In this document: piece after piece, positions 23,165-32,572 of the stretch | How the letters are laid out: the number at the start of each line of letters is the position of its first letter | Numbering within the stretch: position 1 is the stretch's first letter | Assembly (NCBI GenBank): GCA_964425075.1 | Contig: CAYRKM010000001.1 | Span: 180,031-244,030 of the forward strand | Source of the DNA: an uncultured Gammaproteobacteria bacterium | GTDB taxonomy: Bacteria > Patescibacteriota > Microgenomatia > Levybacterales > GWA1-39-11 | DNA: 64,000 nucleotides | Direction: 5' to 3' | Translations under genes and position numbers: made by a program | The notes under the pieces: generated by a model | What the model was told of the DNA's origin: nothing | Databases searched by the model: none | The model's input: only the letters and a program-made list of their open reading frames with translations

Positions 23165-23896
23165 TTATCCGTTATTATCATATTCACCGTTGGCTACTTC
23201 TTTTACCTTAGAAACCGCTCTTAGAATTCTATATTTCTTGTGAGAAGCAATGGTGTCAACCCATTTTATGAGGTAATCAACAAGCTGCGAGGAAGGATTG
23301 CTTCTAAGCCTTCTTGCTGAGGTTCTAACTTTAAGATCTGAATCAAACCCAATTGTCCCCTTTTTACCTATATGGATAGACATATCTGTATCCTCATGTA
23401 CTCGCGAGTCTTCAAGACAAACCTCACCCCTTACTTTTTCCCACATCTCTCTCCTTAATGCATAATTTGGACCGTACAATGAATGGTGTCCAAATATTCT
23501 TTTATTCGCCTCAAAAACAAGAATTCTTAACACTGGAGATAATATCCTAATTCCAAAAATCGCAGGTCCAGAAAGTGCGTCGATTGGCTCCTCGGTAAAA
23601 TGCTTTGAAATTTTCTCAATCCAAGTGTTTGGAACAGTGGTATCGGCATCAGTCCGGGCAATTATGTCGCCCTTTGCCTCATCAAATCCTCTATTGCGGG
23701 CAAAAATAAGACCTTGAATATTCTCTTTTACAACTCTGGCTCCCATTTTCTCAGCGATTTCTGCTGTCCTGTCAGTTGAATTATTATCAACAACAACCAC
23801 CTCATATGGGGCAACTGTTTGATTAAAAACACTCTTCAAACACGACGCAAGGCGCTTTTCCTCGTTATAGGCTGGGATAACTACTGATACTTTCAC
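23165..23896 (-). CDS. family 2 glycosyltransferase (paralog of 22258-22953)
   Basis: MKVSVVIPAYNEEKRLASCLKSVFNQT...VVVVDNNSTDRTAEIA with the motif TDADTTVP. A tandem paralog. Confidence 0.75.
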   Translation of the reverse strand: MKVSVVIPAYNEEKRLASCLKSVFNQTVAPYEVVVVDNNSTDRTAEIAEKMGARVVKENIQGLIFARNRGFDEAKGDIIARTDADTTVPNTWIEKISKHFTEEPIDALSGPAIFGIRILSPVLRILVFEANKRIFGHHSLYGPNYALRREMWEKVRGEVCLEDSRVHEDTDMSIHIGKKGTIGFDSDLKVRTSARRLRSNPSSQLVDYLIKWVDTIASHKKYRILRAVSKVKEVANGEYDNNG

Positions 23897-23925
23897 TTTA
23901 CAATTCTACCATTCCTTAAGGCAAA

Positions 23926-25353
23926 TTAAAATTCGAAGCCCAATTGAGAACTTTTGTCATCACTCTCTTTACCCTTAACAGCACCCTGAGCTCCCCAAAT
24001 TTTGACAACTCCATATGTATTATCAAATCCTGGATCTATATGAATATCTCTTTGTCTTACTTTTTGTATTCCCTCTGCAATTGTTATTCCTGCTGTACTT
24101 TCAATCTTTTCAATTGAAGAACGTAGCAAAACCTCATGTTCAGAGCCAAAAGTCATAATTAACTGCTCATACATTGAAACTACTGCCTGAGTTCCAACCC
24201 CTGAATTCAAGGCCTCTGACAGGATGTCTAGAAGCGGCACTAAATTCACATAAGGTGGCCTTTTTCCTTCTCTATCCCCTCCGCCTTTGGAGGAAAGCCA
24301 AACTGTACCATAAACATCCTCTTTTGCCTCGAAATTATCCCCATTGGTGTTTGAGAGCTCTTCAACTCTATGCATAACACCAACGGTTAACTGCCTGCCG
24401 CACACAGGACACGTATCTCCATGTTTTCTTGTCTCCTCTGGGGTTTGGACAATGTTGCAATTTCTATGTCCCGTATAGTGATATTTTCCATGCTCTGGAT
24501 AAAATTCTATTGTGTAGGCTATTTCGAAAGTTTTTTCTTTTCCCTTCACCATGCCATTCATAATGTTGTCATACGTAATTTCCTCATCTCTGATCTTTGA
24601 TTTTTGATTTTTGATTTTGCGAAGTACAGTAGCCTCTCTTCCCATTTTTTCCAAAGAATGAGCGTCTGAAAAGCTTACAATTGAGCGTGTAGTTAGCTCG
24701 TTGACTCTCCAATTCATAGAAGGATCACTACTCAAACCTGTTTCAACTGCAAAAATGTACTTTGAGTATTCACCAAAACAGTCAATTATCCTTTCGTATC
24801 CTCCTTTTGAACCATATAAAGAAAACCAAGGAGTCCAAATATGACAGGGGATAATAACTATTTTTCTATCAATTGAGAACAATAATTCTGCTAAATTTCT
24901 AGCTGACAAGCCTAAAATTGGCCGTCCATCAGAGGAAAGATTAAAACCCCGACTAGTAAGTTCTTTATTTATCTTTAAAACAGTTTCTAAATTTGGGGCT
25001 AAAATCAGGTTGTGAATTCTATATGTTCCGGCAATTCCATCTTTCACTCTTCCCCCATAAATACATGCAATTTCAGTCGCAAACATAAAATGCATTCCAC
25101 TATCCTCTTCTCTAATAGGAAGTTGTGCTTCCTTTTCTATTAGTTTTTCGTTCTTAAGTTTATAAACTCCAGCGCCACTTTCAACGAGTTGAGATGACAC
25201 CTCCTTTAACCATACGGGATGCGTAAAATCAGCAATAGATAAAACATTTGTACCTTTTTTTCGACCCCAAATGTACATGTTTTTTAAATTCATTCGTTGA
25301 GAAACTGCTCGGGAAAACCTGGAGTGAAGATGAAGGTCAATTACAAGTTCCAT
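23926..25353 (-). CDS. PHP-domain nuclease with a C-terminal zinc ribbon (endonuclease Q-like)
   Basis: N-terminal IDLHLHSRFSRAVS is a PHP-type metal site; internal His/Asp clusters (HIWTP, DAHS); C-terminal HYTGHRNCNIVQ...CPVCGRQL is a Zn-ribbon. Length and architecture resemble EndoQ, which cleaves at deaminated bases. Confidence 0.45.
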   Translation of the reverse strand: MELVIDLHLHSRFSRAVSQRMNLKNMYIWGRKKGTNVLSIADFTHPVWLKEVSSQLVESGAGVYKLKNEKLIEKEAQLPIREEDSGMHFMFATEIACIYGGRVKDGIAGTYRIHNLILAPNLETVLKINKELTSRGFNLSSDGRPILGLSARNLAELLFSIDRKIVIIPCHIWTPWFSLYGSKGGYERIIDCFGEYSKYIFAVETGLSSDPSMNWRVNELTTRSIVSFSDAHSLEKMGREATVLRKIKNQKSKIRDEEITYDNIMNGMVKGKEKTFEIAYTIEFYPEHGKYHYTGHRNCNIVQTPEETRKHGDTCPVCGRQLTVGVMHRVEELSNTNGDNFEAKEDVYGTVWLSSKGGGDREGKRPPYVNLVPLLDILSEALNSGVGTQAVVSMYEQLIMTFGSEHEVLLRSSIEKIESTAGITIAEGIQKVRQRDIHIDPGFDNTYGVVKIWGAQGAVKGKESDDKSSQLGFEF

Positions 25354-25391
25354 GTGTGCTCATTTAAACAAAGAGGGAATAAAGTTGCAAG

Positions 25392-26003
25392 CTACTCAGA
25401 GCGCAATACTGCTCTAACTGGAGAACCATCAATTCCAATAAATTTGAGAGGAAAACATAGTAGATCATAAGTACCCTCTGTGACTTTTACTAAATCCAGC
25501 CCTTCAAGAATTGGGACATTATTCTCAAGCAATAATGTGTGAGATCTATTGTCTGGGTTACCTTTTTGCTTTATTGAAAGTGAGTCAATTCCAACAAGTA
25601 GTACTTCTTTTGAAGCAAGAAATTCAGCTGCTTCAGGGGATAAATATACAAAATCGGGGAAAAATTCACTAAATCCTCTTTTGGAATTTGAGGTTTTTAA
25701 AAGTACTCTTTCTCCCTTTAAAATACTTTTGGACTTTAAATCCTCTACTCTTATACTTTCTTTGACATTTGAAAAATCCAAAACTCGTGCTTTTCCGTTA
25801 AATGTCTCTATTGGTAACTCATCTATGCGCTTTCCTCCTTTTATCGCATGACTTGGCGCATCAATATGGGTTCCAGAGTGAGAACCAAAAGTAATTTTTG
25901 TAATTACATTGCTTTGAGTTGCTTGACTTTCAAACTCAACACTGGGGTTGTTTGGATAGGTAATTGAAGTTGGAGATAAAGGAAGGGAGATATCTATAAG
26001 CAT
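25392..26003 (-). CDS. cyclase-family protein (kynurenine formamidase-like)
   Basis: FGSHSGTHIDAPSHA matches the HxGTHxDxPxH metal-binding signature of the putative-cyclase / KynB family. Confidence 0.65.
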   Translation of the reverse strand: MLIDISLPLSPTSITYPNNPSVEFESQATQSNVITKITFGSHSGTHIDAPSHAIKGGKRIDELPIETFNGKARVLDFSNVKESIRVEDLKSKSILKGERVLLKTSNSKRGFSEFFPDFVYLSPEAAEFLASKEVLLVGIDSLSIKQKGNPDNRSHTLLLENNVPILEGLDLVKVTEGTYDLLCFPLKFIGIDGSPVRAVLRSE

Positions 26004-26123
26004 AGGACAAATGCATTATATAATAAACTACTTTGGCTTTTAATCCAAAATATTCTTACAGAAAAGTTTGCTTCTTGCCCTCATCCTCGCCCCGAATGGT
26101 GCGGTATTCACACTCAAAATAAA

Positions 26124-26828
26124 TTATCTTTTTGTTTTCTTTTTTAATTCCAAAACAAACCCCCCCCTTTTAATCCATCTATTTTCTCCCCCCAAGGGAT
26201 GATTGAACGGATATTGAGTTAATCTACTTTGTTTAAATCCATGTTGCCTAGCTAACTCAACTATTGAATTTGGATCAGTTTGAAAATAAATAGAATAATC
26301 ATGCCCAGTACTACATTCTTCTACAATCCTTTCCCAGTCATCATTAGTCTCAAAAAACTCCCGATAAGGGAGCTTTCCTGGCGCATCCTGGCGCCAAACC
26401 CTCATATTTGTGCTTTCTGAAGAAATAAGCATTGAACCCTTTGGCGCAAGGACTCTTTGAGCTTCTAAAAACATTTCGTCTCGTGAAATAGGATCCATAA
26501 AAACTAATGCATCCTTAAGTAAAATTCCGTCAAATGTTCCATCAGCATAGGGCAATACCTCAGCACATCCGAGCACTCTTAAACCTTCAAAGTATGATCC
26601 TGCAAGCATTGAAGGAGATACGTCTTGCGCAACTACTTCAAAGCCCTGTCTAGAAATTGCTTTTGCCTCAATACCCTGACCACTCGCTAAGTCAAGCACA
26701 CAATTCCCAGGCAAACTTTGAAGCCACGGAGATAAATAAGCACTAGTAAAAAGTGGCTGGGCAATTTCCTCTTTTCTATTACCTACTATATTAATTCCTG
26801 TTTGTAATGACTCTAGCCTCGTTGGCAT
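26124..26828 (-). CDS. class I SAM-dependent methyltransferase
   Basis: VLDLASGQGIEA...VVAQDVSPSML is motif I (GxGxG-like) with an acidic motif II (ILLKDALV). Confidence 0.6.
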   Translation of the reverse strand: MPTRLESLQTGINIVGNRKEEIAQPLFTSAYLSPWLQSLPGNCVLDLASGQGIEAKAISRQGFEVVAQDVSPSMLAGSYFEGLRVLGCAEVLPYADGTFDGILLKDALVFMDPISRDEMFLEAQRVLAPKGSMLISSESTNMRVWRQDAPGKLPYREFFETNDDWERIVEECSTGHDYSIYFQTDPNSIVELARQHGFKQSRLTQYPFNHPLGGENRWIKRGGFVLELKKKTKR

Positions 26829-26873
26829 GATTGAAAAAATTCCTGAACTTCAATCTGGCAACTAAATAAATTC

Positions 26874-27788
26874 TTACACTTGTTGATTTGCCTTATTTTG
26901 TTCAAGTAAACTTCCTACTGCTTCAGCAAGAATTCTTATTTCCCGCCTAACTGATTCTGGACTATCACTACCATGAACTATATTGTTTGGAACTCCCGTT
27001 GCATGCCTTGCTCTTATTGAATTGGGGTTATTTTCTCTTGCCTTATTTGGCATTGTATCTCCCATTTTGTCTCTCCACCAAACAACCGCACTTTCATTTC
27101 TTACCTTAAGATGACCATTAACCATAAAGTACATTCTTCTATCTTTTAGCTCTTCTCCCTCTTCTTCTGTTAGTTGTGAAAGATGTTTGACAACTGGTTT
27201 TCCAGCTTGTCTGAATACTACCGTGTCCTCATCTAGTTGTACCGTGTCGCCGTCAATTGTTAACAGGCCATTGGGCAAAATAGTGCTTCCGTCATCAAAA
27301 ATATGCCCTTCACCAAGATCAGCTAACTCATTTGCATCTTTTTTATAAATTAACACTGCAGTCAAAGAATCAGAAGTAGTGAATTCCACTACTTCTTGAT
27401 GAACAGCTGGTCTTTCTTCTAAATTTTGGTAAAACTTTCCTGCATCCTCTTTCCTAAATTTAATAGGTAACGCAAAAACAGCATTTTCTCCTATTTCAGC
27501 TAGAACTTCTTGGGCAGCAGCATCATCGTCATTTGACAATCCTTCCCCTTCATTGGCATGTGGTTTTATCATTGCAAATGTTAATTTACCCTGACAAATA
27601 AGCTCATTAGTTTGGGGGTGAGTTAAAATAGTACGGATTCCTTCAAGTTTTTCTATTTCAAGTTCGGGGATAGTAAGACCTTCAAGATACACACCATCTA
27701 CTGTTTCCTGAGCTCTTCTTCGAGAAGAAAAGCTCGCCGGAATTTCAGCGTTTTCTAGATTGTATGGTCGTGTCTCTATTGTTGGCAT
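26874..27788 (-). CDS. ndk: nucleoside-diphosphate kinase with a ~90-aa insertion and an N-terminal extension
   Basis: KLTFAMIKPHAN (cf. ERTFSIIKPNAV), FYQNLEERPAV (cf. FYAEHDGKPFF) and NNPNS...NIVHGSDSPESVRREI (cf. ATNPA...NGTHGSDSVESAAREI, carrying the catalytic phospho-His). About 90 extra residues sit between the Kpn-loop region and the NxxHGSDS motif. Confidence 0.6.
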   Translation of the reverse strand: MPTIETRPYNLENAEIPASFSSRRRAQETVDGVYLEGLTIPELEIEKLEGIRTILTHPQTNELICQGKLTFAMIKPHANEGEGLSNDDDAAAQEVLAEIGENAVFALPIKFRKEDAGKFYQNLEERPAVHQEVVEFTTSDSLTAVLIYKKDANELADLGEGHIFDDGSTILPNGLLTIDGDTVQLDEDTVVFRQAGKPVVKHLSQLTEEEGEELKDRRMYFMVNGHLKVRNESAVVWWRDKMGDTMPNKARENNPNSIRARHATGVPNNIVHGSDSPESVRREIRILAEAVGSLLEQNKANQQV

Positions 27789-27998
27789 ATTGATTTCTAT
27801 CTTGTGGATGAGATTCCTCTTCCATTTTGTTAAGCATTACTATGAATTCATTGATTTTCTTTACTTCCTTAACAATTTTCTGTTTTTTGGAATCCATATT
27901 TTGCAGCTAAATTATACTTTCAAAGAAGATAAAAGTCAACGGATAAGAGTGAATTATGGGATAATTTGATATAGTTCTTTATACTTCGGAATTATTTT

Positions 27999-28496
27999 CT
28001 ATGGGGCTAAAACAAAAAATGAGTAAGAATAATTCCCGTCCCTACACTTTTTTTCTGAAATTATAGTTTTAAATTTGGAATAATCCGGAAAAAAAGCATC
28101 AGCATCGGGAAATTCTTTATCAACAACTGTTAGATACAGTTTGTCAGCATACGGAAGTGCAAGAGCGTAAATTTGAGCTCCACCTATAATAAATATCTCG
28201 CTTTGTTCAAGCTTTCGAGCAATTTCTAATGCTTCCTCAATAAAAATTGCTTTCAGAACTCCTTCTGGCACTTTATAGTCAACGCTTCGAGAAACTACAA
28301 TATTAACTCTATTTGGAAGCGGACGACCTATCGACTCATAAGTCTTTCTTCCCATGATAACAGTGTGCCCGCGTGTAGTATCTCTAAAATGCTTCATATC
28401 TTCGGGAACATTCCATAACAATGAGTTTCCTTTTCCAAGTTCTCTATTCTTCCCAATTGCCGCAATGAGTGACACTTTCATAAAATTAGAATTCAT
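27999..28496 (-). CDS. folA: dihydrofolate reductase
   Basis: KVSLIAAIGKNRELGKGNSLLWNVPEDMKHFRDTTRGHTVIMGRKTYESIG matches the DHFR N-terminus (MISLIAAL...LPW.LP.DL..FK..T....vIMGRKT.ESIG). The start overlaps the upstream stop as ATGA; the internal Met at 28481 is an alternative start. Confidence 0.85.
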   Translation of the reverse strand: MNSNFMKVSLIAAIGKNRELGKGNSLLWNVPEDMKHFRDTTRGHTVIMGRKTYESIGRPLPNRVNIVVSRSVDYKVPEGVLKAIFIEEALEIARKLEQSEIFIIGGAQIYALALPYADKLYLTVVDKEFPDADAFFPDYSKFKTIISEKKCRDGNYSYSFFVLAP

Positions 28497-28855
28497 TTTG
28501 AAAATTTAATTTTAAGCTTTTGAATTAAGTCATCAGCATCCACATACTCTATAACTTCCTTAGATATATTTTTTAAAGAGTGGGAAAGATGAGAGCCTTT
28601 TTTATATACAGCAATTATTTCCATCCCAAAGATATTGGCCCAACCCAACTCTATCCCTTGACCGGTTGACTGATAAGTACCCTCAGCCAATACTAAATCG
28701 CATTGCTTAGATTGAAACAAAGATTTCGAATCATATGCTTCCTCTGAATCTTTATGCGGAAAAATAAAATCACAATCCAAACCAGAATTTTCTAACAGCT
28801 GATAAAGCTCACTTTTAAAATCAAAATTCCGGGAATGAGAAACATATATTTTCAT
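28493..28855 (-). CDS. hypothetical protein, nucleoside 2-deoxyribosyltransferase-like Rossmann fold (tentative)
   Basis: MKIYVSHS...CDLVLAEGTYQSTGQGIELGWANIFGMEIIAVY resembles the YtoQ / NDT-like G.E.G.A pattern. Its position inside the thymidylate cluster is suggestive. Confidence 0.3.
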   Translation of the reverse strand: MKIYVSHSRNFDFKSELYQLLENSGLDCDFIFPHKDSEEAYDSKSLFQSKQCDLVLAEGTYQSTGQGIELGWANIFGMEIIAVYKKGSHLSHSLKNISKEVIEYVDADDLIQKLKIKFSK

Positions 28856-29274
28856 TTATTTAAAATTGCTAATGCTTTTTCTACCATATCTTCAATGTTT
28901 GGTAATAATTCTTTGTCTTTAAGTGTCTCTATTGGTAGCCAAATCGGAACTGTCTCATCTGTTCCTCTCAATTCTCCGTGAAATTTATCAGTTGCAAAAA
29001 CAGTATGGGAAACATACAGTGTTTCCCCGTTTTTTCTTCGTAAATCCGCATCGTATTTATGTGGCAACTCCATCAAGTCATTTTCATCAACAACAAGACC
29101 AGTTTCCTCTTCCACTTCTCTTATAGCCGCTTGCCGCACTGTTTCTCCTTCATCAATCCTTCCTCCGGGAGTACCAAAACTTCCAGTCAAATGACCTGCT
29201 TCTTCACCATGTTCTACTAATAAAACTTTATCATCATAAACGATAACAACACCTACAGTGGGGATTCTTTCCAT
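28852..29274 (-). CDS. NUDIX hydrolase
   Basis: Nudix box GGRIDEGETVRQAAIREVEEETGL. Confidence 0.85.
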   Translation of the reverse strand: MERIPTVGVVIVYDDKVLLVEHGEEAGHLTGSFGTPGGRIDEGETVRQAAIREVEEETGLVVDENDLMELPHKYDADLRRKNGETLYVSHTVFATDKFHGELRGTDETVPIWLPIETLKDKELLPNIEDMVEKALAILNK

Positions 29275-29304
29275 AATACTTACTACGTTCTACCTGCTAC
29301 CTAT

Positions 29305-30273
29305 TTATTTCGCCATTTTGCCGGTTTTTTTATCATACAGTCCTCCGGCAACCGTCAACTCCGCTTTTAGCATTGGGTATGGGTCGTAATCCACGAGCTC
29401 AACATATTCTGGTCTGAAATCATCAATGCTTTTGAACTTTTTGGTAAATTTAATTTTTGGAAAAGGACGAGGTTTTCTTTTAAGTTGTTCTTTCACCTGA
29501 GCAATATGATTCTCGTAAATATGAACATCTCCAAAAGTATGAATAAATTCCCAAGCCTCAAGCCCTGCAATATGAGCTAAAATTTGAGTCAAAAGCGCAT
29601 ATGAGGCGATATTAAATGGCACTCCCAAGAAAACATCCGCACTTCGCTGGTAAAGCTGAAGGGATAATTTGTCTCCACGACGACTTACTTGATACATATT
29701 ATGGCAAATGGGATACCTTGACGCATCCTTATTCGTTGCCATAGTATAAAGATATTCAGGATTCCAGGAGTTAACTATCAAATTTTTTGCATCAGGATCA
29801 TCCTTCATTTCCTGCATTACCCATTTCAACTGGTCAATTGTTCTTCCTTTTGTTCTAGTTGGCCAGGCTCTCCACTGCTCCCCATAAATTCTTGGTAAAT
29901 TTCCCCATTTCTTTGCAAATTTAGCATCATTTTTTATCGCATCGGAAAATTCTTCCTTCGTCATTTTGCTCTTTGGATTTTTGCCTTGATAAATTTTGTA
30001 AGGATAATCAGTCCATATTCCAACATTGTTATCCACCAAATATTTAATGTTGGTTTGACCGGACATGAACCAATAAAGCTCATGCAAAACCCCTTTCCAA
30101 TAAACTTTTTTAGTAGTTAGAAGTGGAAATCCTTTTGAAAGATCGTATCGAGTTTGACGTCCAAACAGAGAATAAAGAACAATATCTGTTCCGCGGTCAA
30201 CTTTTCTCTCCCCTTTTTTAAGAATTTCGCTGACTAAATCGAGGTATTGGTATTCTTGATGCTTTGCTGCCAT
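29305..30273 (-). CDS. thyA: thymidylate synthase (ThyA, long form)
   Basis: RYPICHNMYQVSRRGDKLSLQLYQRSADVFLGVPFNIASYALL matches the ThyA catalytic-Cys PCH segment and QLYQRS.DVFLG.PFNIASYALL, with Asn retained in PFN (dUMP specificity). Confidence 0.9.
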   Translation of the reverse strand: MAAKHQEYQYLDLVSEILKKGERKVDRGTDIVLYSLFGRQTRYDLSKGFPLLTTKKVYWKGVLHELYWFMSGQTNIKYLVDNNVGIWTDYPYKIYQGKNPKSKMTKEEFSDAIKNDAKFAKKWGNLPRIYGEQWRAWPTRTKGRTIDQLKWVMQEMKDDPDAKNLIVNSWNPEYLYTMATNKDASRYPICHNMYQVSRRGDKLSLQLYQRSADVFLGVPFNIASYALLTQILAHIAGLEAWEFIHTFGDVHIYENHIAQVKEQLKRKPRPFPKIKFTKKFKSIDDFRPEYVELVDYDPYPMLKAELTVAGGLYDKKTGKMAK

Positions 30274-30315
30274 AGAAGATAATTCAATATAAATCTGTAA
30301 GAGCTTGTTGTCAAA

Positions 30316-30855
30316 TCAAACCTGTTTCTCTTTCTTCTTCACGGTTACTCTTCCACCTTGCCATTGCCCACGATACATGCTTCCTTTACCAATTACCTCA
30401 TGAAATTGAATGTGTGCAAACCGTGCGCCCATTTCAATTGTCACACTTGATGTTCCCGCATTATATAGTCCAAAAATTAATCCTCCACAATATCCAGGAT
30501 GCACACTCCCAGTTCGAAGCACCAATCCACTTCTGTATGTTGTTGAGCGCGGTGTAATTGAAGCCGTTAAATTATCTGGCATATTTACATCCTCCATAGT
30601 CTTTACAAGATAAAAGTCACCAGGTTTTATAACAATCTTATTCTTCTTTCCTTTTTCATATTTTTTCACCAATACACTATCGGGAGTCTTCCTCTCTTCC
30701 TCACCTAGAAAGGCTGTTCCTTTTATTTTATAAACTTCTCCAAGCCTCAGATCAAACCCTGCACCTTCAGGATTTGTGAGCTCTCTCTCTGAAAGATTTG
30801 TAACTAGATTTATTTTTTTTACAAGATCCAATAATTTTTGGGGTCCTAAAACCAT
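30316..30855 (-). CDS. dcd: dCTP deaminase / dUTPase-superfamily protein
   Basis: GAGFDLRLGEVY...GLVLRTGSVHPGYCGGLIFGLYNAG are the dUTPase/dCTP-deaminase beta-barrel motifs. Confidence 0.65.
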   Translation of the reverse strand: MVLGPQKLLDLVKKINLVTNLSERELTNPEGAGFDLRLGEVYKIKGTAFLGEEERKTPDSVLVKKYEKGKKNKIVIKPGDFYLVKTMEDVNMPDNLTASITPRSTTYRSGLVLRTGSVHPGYCGGLIFGLYNAGTSSVTIEMGARFAHIQFHEVIGKGSMYRGQWQGGRVTVKKKEKQV

Positions 30856-30863
30856 GCTTTAAT

Positions 30864-31547
30864 TTACGATTCTCTTTCTATAATGTCAATAATATCTTTT
30901 GTAACTTTCTCCTCCGATTGATTGCCGTCAATGACTATAAACTCTTTGGGAAATTCCTTAATTTCCATCTCATACCCGCGTGCGATCTTTTTCAACTTCT
31001 CTTCTTTTTCATAAATTTCCTTCTTTTTGCTCATACGAGATAACCTTTCAACAGCCTTCTTTGCGCTTATTTTAAGGTAAAAAGTTATATCAGGAGTTAA
31101 AAATTGATAGTAGGCTGAAAACAAACCGTTTGCCACAGCAATAGACCAGGCTTTTTTAAAACTATAATTATCTCCAAGATCGAGAATCCCATAAGGAATT
31201 GTTGACCAATTGCTTCTGTGTGTTAAAACAATACTCCCCTTCTTAAGCGCAGGCTCTACTATTTCTGTATGATTTATTGCTCTATCTGCCGAATAAATAC
31301 TTTGAAAAGCCCGACCCGGAATAGATAATTTAGAAGACAGGGCGCCCCTTATTATTTCTTGAATAACACCTGACGATTGAGGTTCTGAGGTAACAATAAC
31401 GTTTTGTCCTTTTTTCTCTAAATAACCTTTTATCGCTTCTACTTGTGTACTTTTTCCGCTTCCATCAATTCCTTCAAAGGCAAAATATTTTCCCTTATGC
31501 TTATTTCTTAATAAATCAGCTTTCAGTGAAAATTGATAATGCATCAA
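30864..31547 (-). CDS. tmk: thymidylate kinase (copy 1)
   Basis: P-loop FEGIDGSGKSTQ, the DRx motif (YSADRAINH) and a lid region. Confidence 0.8.
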   Translation of the reverse strand: MMHYQFSLKADLLRNKHKGKYFAFEGIDGSGKSTQVEAIKGYLEKKGQNVIVTSEPQSSGVIQEIIRGALSSKLSIPGRAFQSIYSADRAINHTEIVEPALKKGSIVLTHRSNWSTIPYGILDLGDNYSFKKAWSIAVANGLFSAYYQFLTPDITFYLKISAKKAVERLSRMSKKKEIYEKEEKLKKIARGYEMEIKEFPKEFIVIDGNQSEEKVTKDIIDIIERES

Positions 31548-31550
31548 AAA

Positions 31551-32255
31551 TTATTTATTTACTAAGGTTAATATTTCTTCAGTGACTTCATTAATTGGCC
31601 GCTCACCATGTATATTTACCATAGCTTTTGGATATTTCTTATACACCCAATCATAAATTTCTTTTACTTTTTCAAGCTTTCCCTCAGATTCGTAATATTC
31701 AAGCGGCCTACCCTCTCCTTTCAATCTCTTGAAGGCTGTTTGCACACTTGTATTAAGATAAAATGTCGCGTCAGGAGCTGTGAATTGGTGGTACATAGAA
31801 AGAATTGAAAGAGAAGTTAGAAGTCTTTCGTTTTCTTTAGAAATATCTTTACTGTCCCTATCAAGCATTCCATATGTAATTCCAGACCAAAATGTCCTAT
31901 CAGAAATTACAACCTTATTATCTTTCAATGCGGGAATTATTACTTCTTCTTGATGAATTGCTCTATCTGCCGTAAAAAGGTATTGAAGAGCAATGGGTGG
32001 CACTTTCACTTCTTTTTTTAGGACTTTATGAATAATTTCTCCTACTACTCCTTCTCTTCTAGGCTCTTGTGTAACCAAAACCCTTCTTCCCTTCTTTCTA
32101 TAAGCATCTGCTAAAGCTTGCACTTGTGTAGTTTTACCACTTCCATCAATGCCTTCAAGGGCAATATATATACCTTTGTAAGGATTTTTCAAAAGTTCTA
32201 TATCAAATTCTATGTGGTATTTCATTGCAAAAAGCGGCATCAGCATATCATACAA
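31551..32255 (-). CDS. tmk: thymidylate kinase (copy 2, tandem paralog)
   Basis: P-loop LEGIDGSGKTTQ and DRx (FTADRAIHQ). It sits 3 nt upstream of copy 1. Confidence 0.8.
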   Translation of the reverse strand: MYDMLMPLFAMKYHIEFDIELLKNPYKGIYIALEGIDGSGKTTQVQALADAYRKKGRRVLVTQEPRREGVVGEIIHKVLKKEVKVPPIALQYLFTADRAIHQEEVIIPALKDNKVVISDRTFWSGITYGMLDRDSKDISKENERLLTSLSILSMYHQFTAPDATFYLNTSVQTAFKRLKGEGRPLEYYESEGKLEKVKEIYDWVYKKYPKAMVNIHGERPINEVTEEILTLVNK

Positions 32256-32284
32256 GGATAAATAACTTCAAGATATAATTTAGG

Positions 32285-32572
32285 ATGTATAATAAATACA
32301 TGAAGCAAATCTCAGATATTTTAAAAGGATTTAATCCAACTGAGGATAAATATATTTCACGCGAATTTCAAAGCTATGGCATATATCTTACAGAGACTTT
32401 AAATGACTACAAGCATAAAGCGCTTTATATAAAACTTGCCAAAACTGTTCACCGCTCAATTCTTGAAAAAGCCCTTTCATCTGTAAAAGACGCAAAAGTT
32501 GAACGGCCAGGTGCTCTCTTTATGTGGAAATTGAAACAGCTTAAAGACGAAAAGAAAACACCAAAGACATGA
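32285..32572 (+). CDS. hypothetical protein
   Basis: ORF only. The stop overlaps the next start as ATGA. No motif recognised. Confidence 0.35.
   Translation: MYNKYMKQISDILKGFNPTEDKYISREFQSYGIYLTETLNDYKHKALYIKLAKTVHRSILEKALSSVKDAKVERPGALFMWKLKQLKDEKKTPKT

Noticed and set aside
27760-27969. + strand 69-aa ORF between the NDK and folA genes
   Set aside because: It lies in a short AT-rich intergenic region. The hydrophobic low-complexity translation is typical of AT-rich noise, and it overlaps the NDK start.
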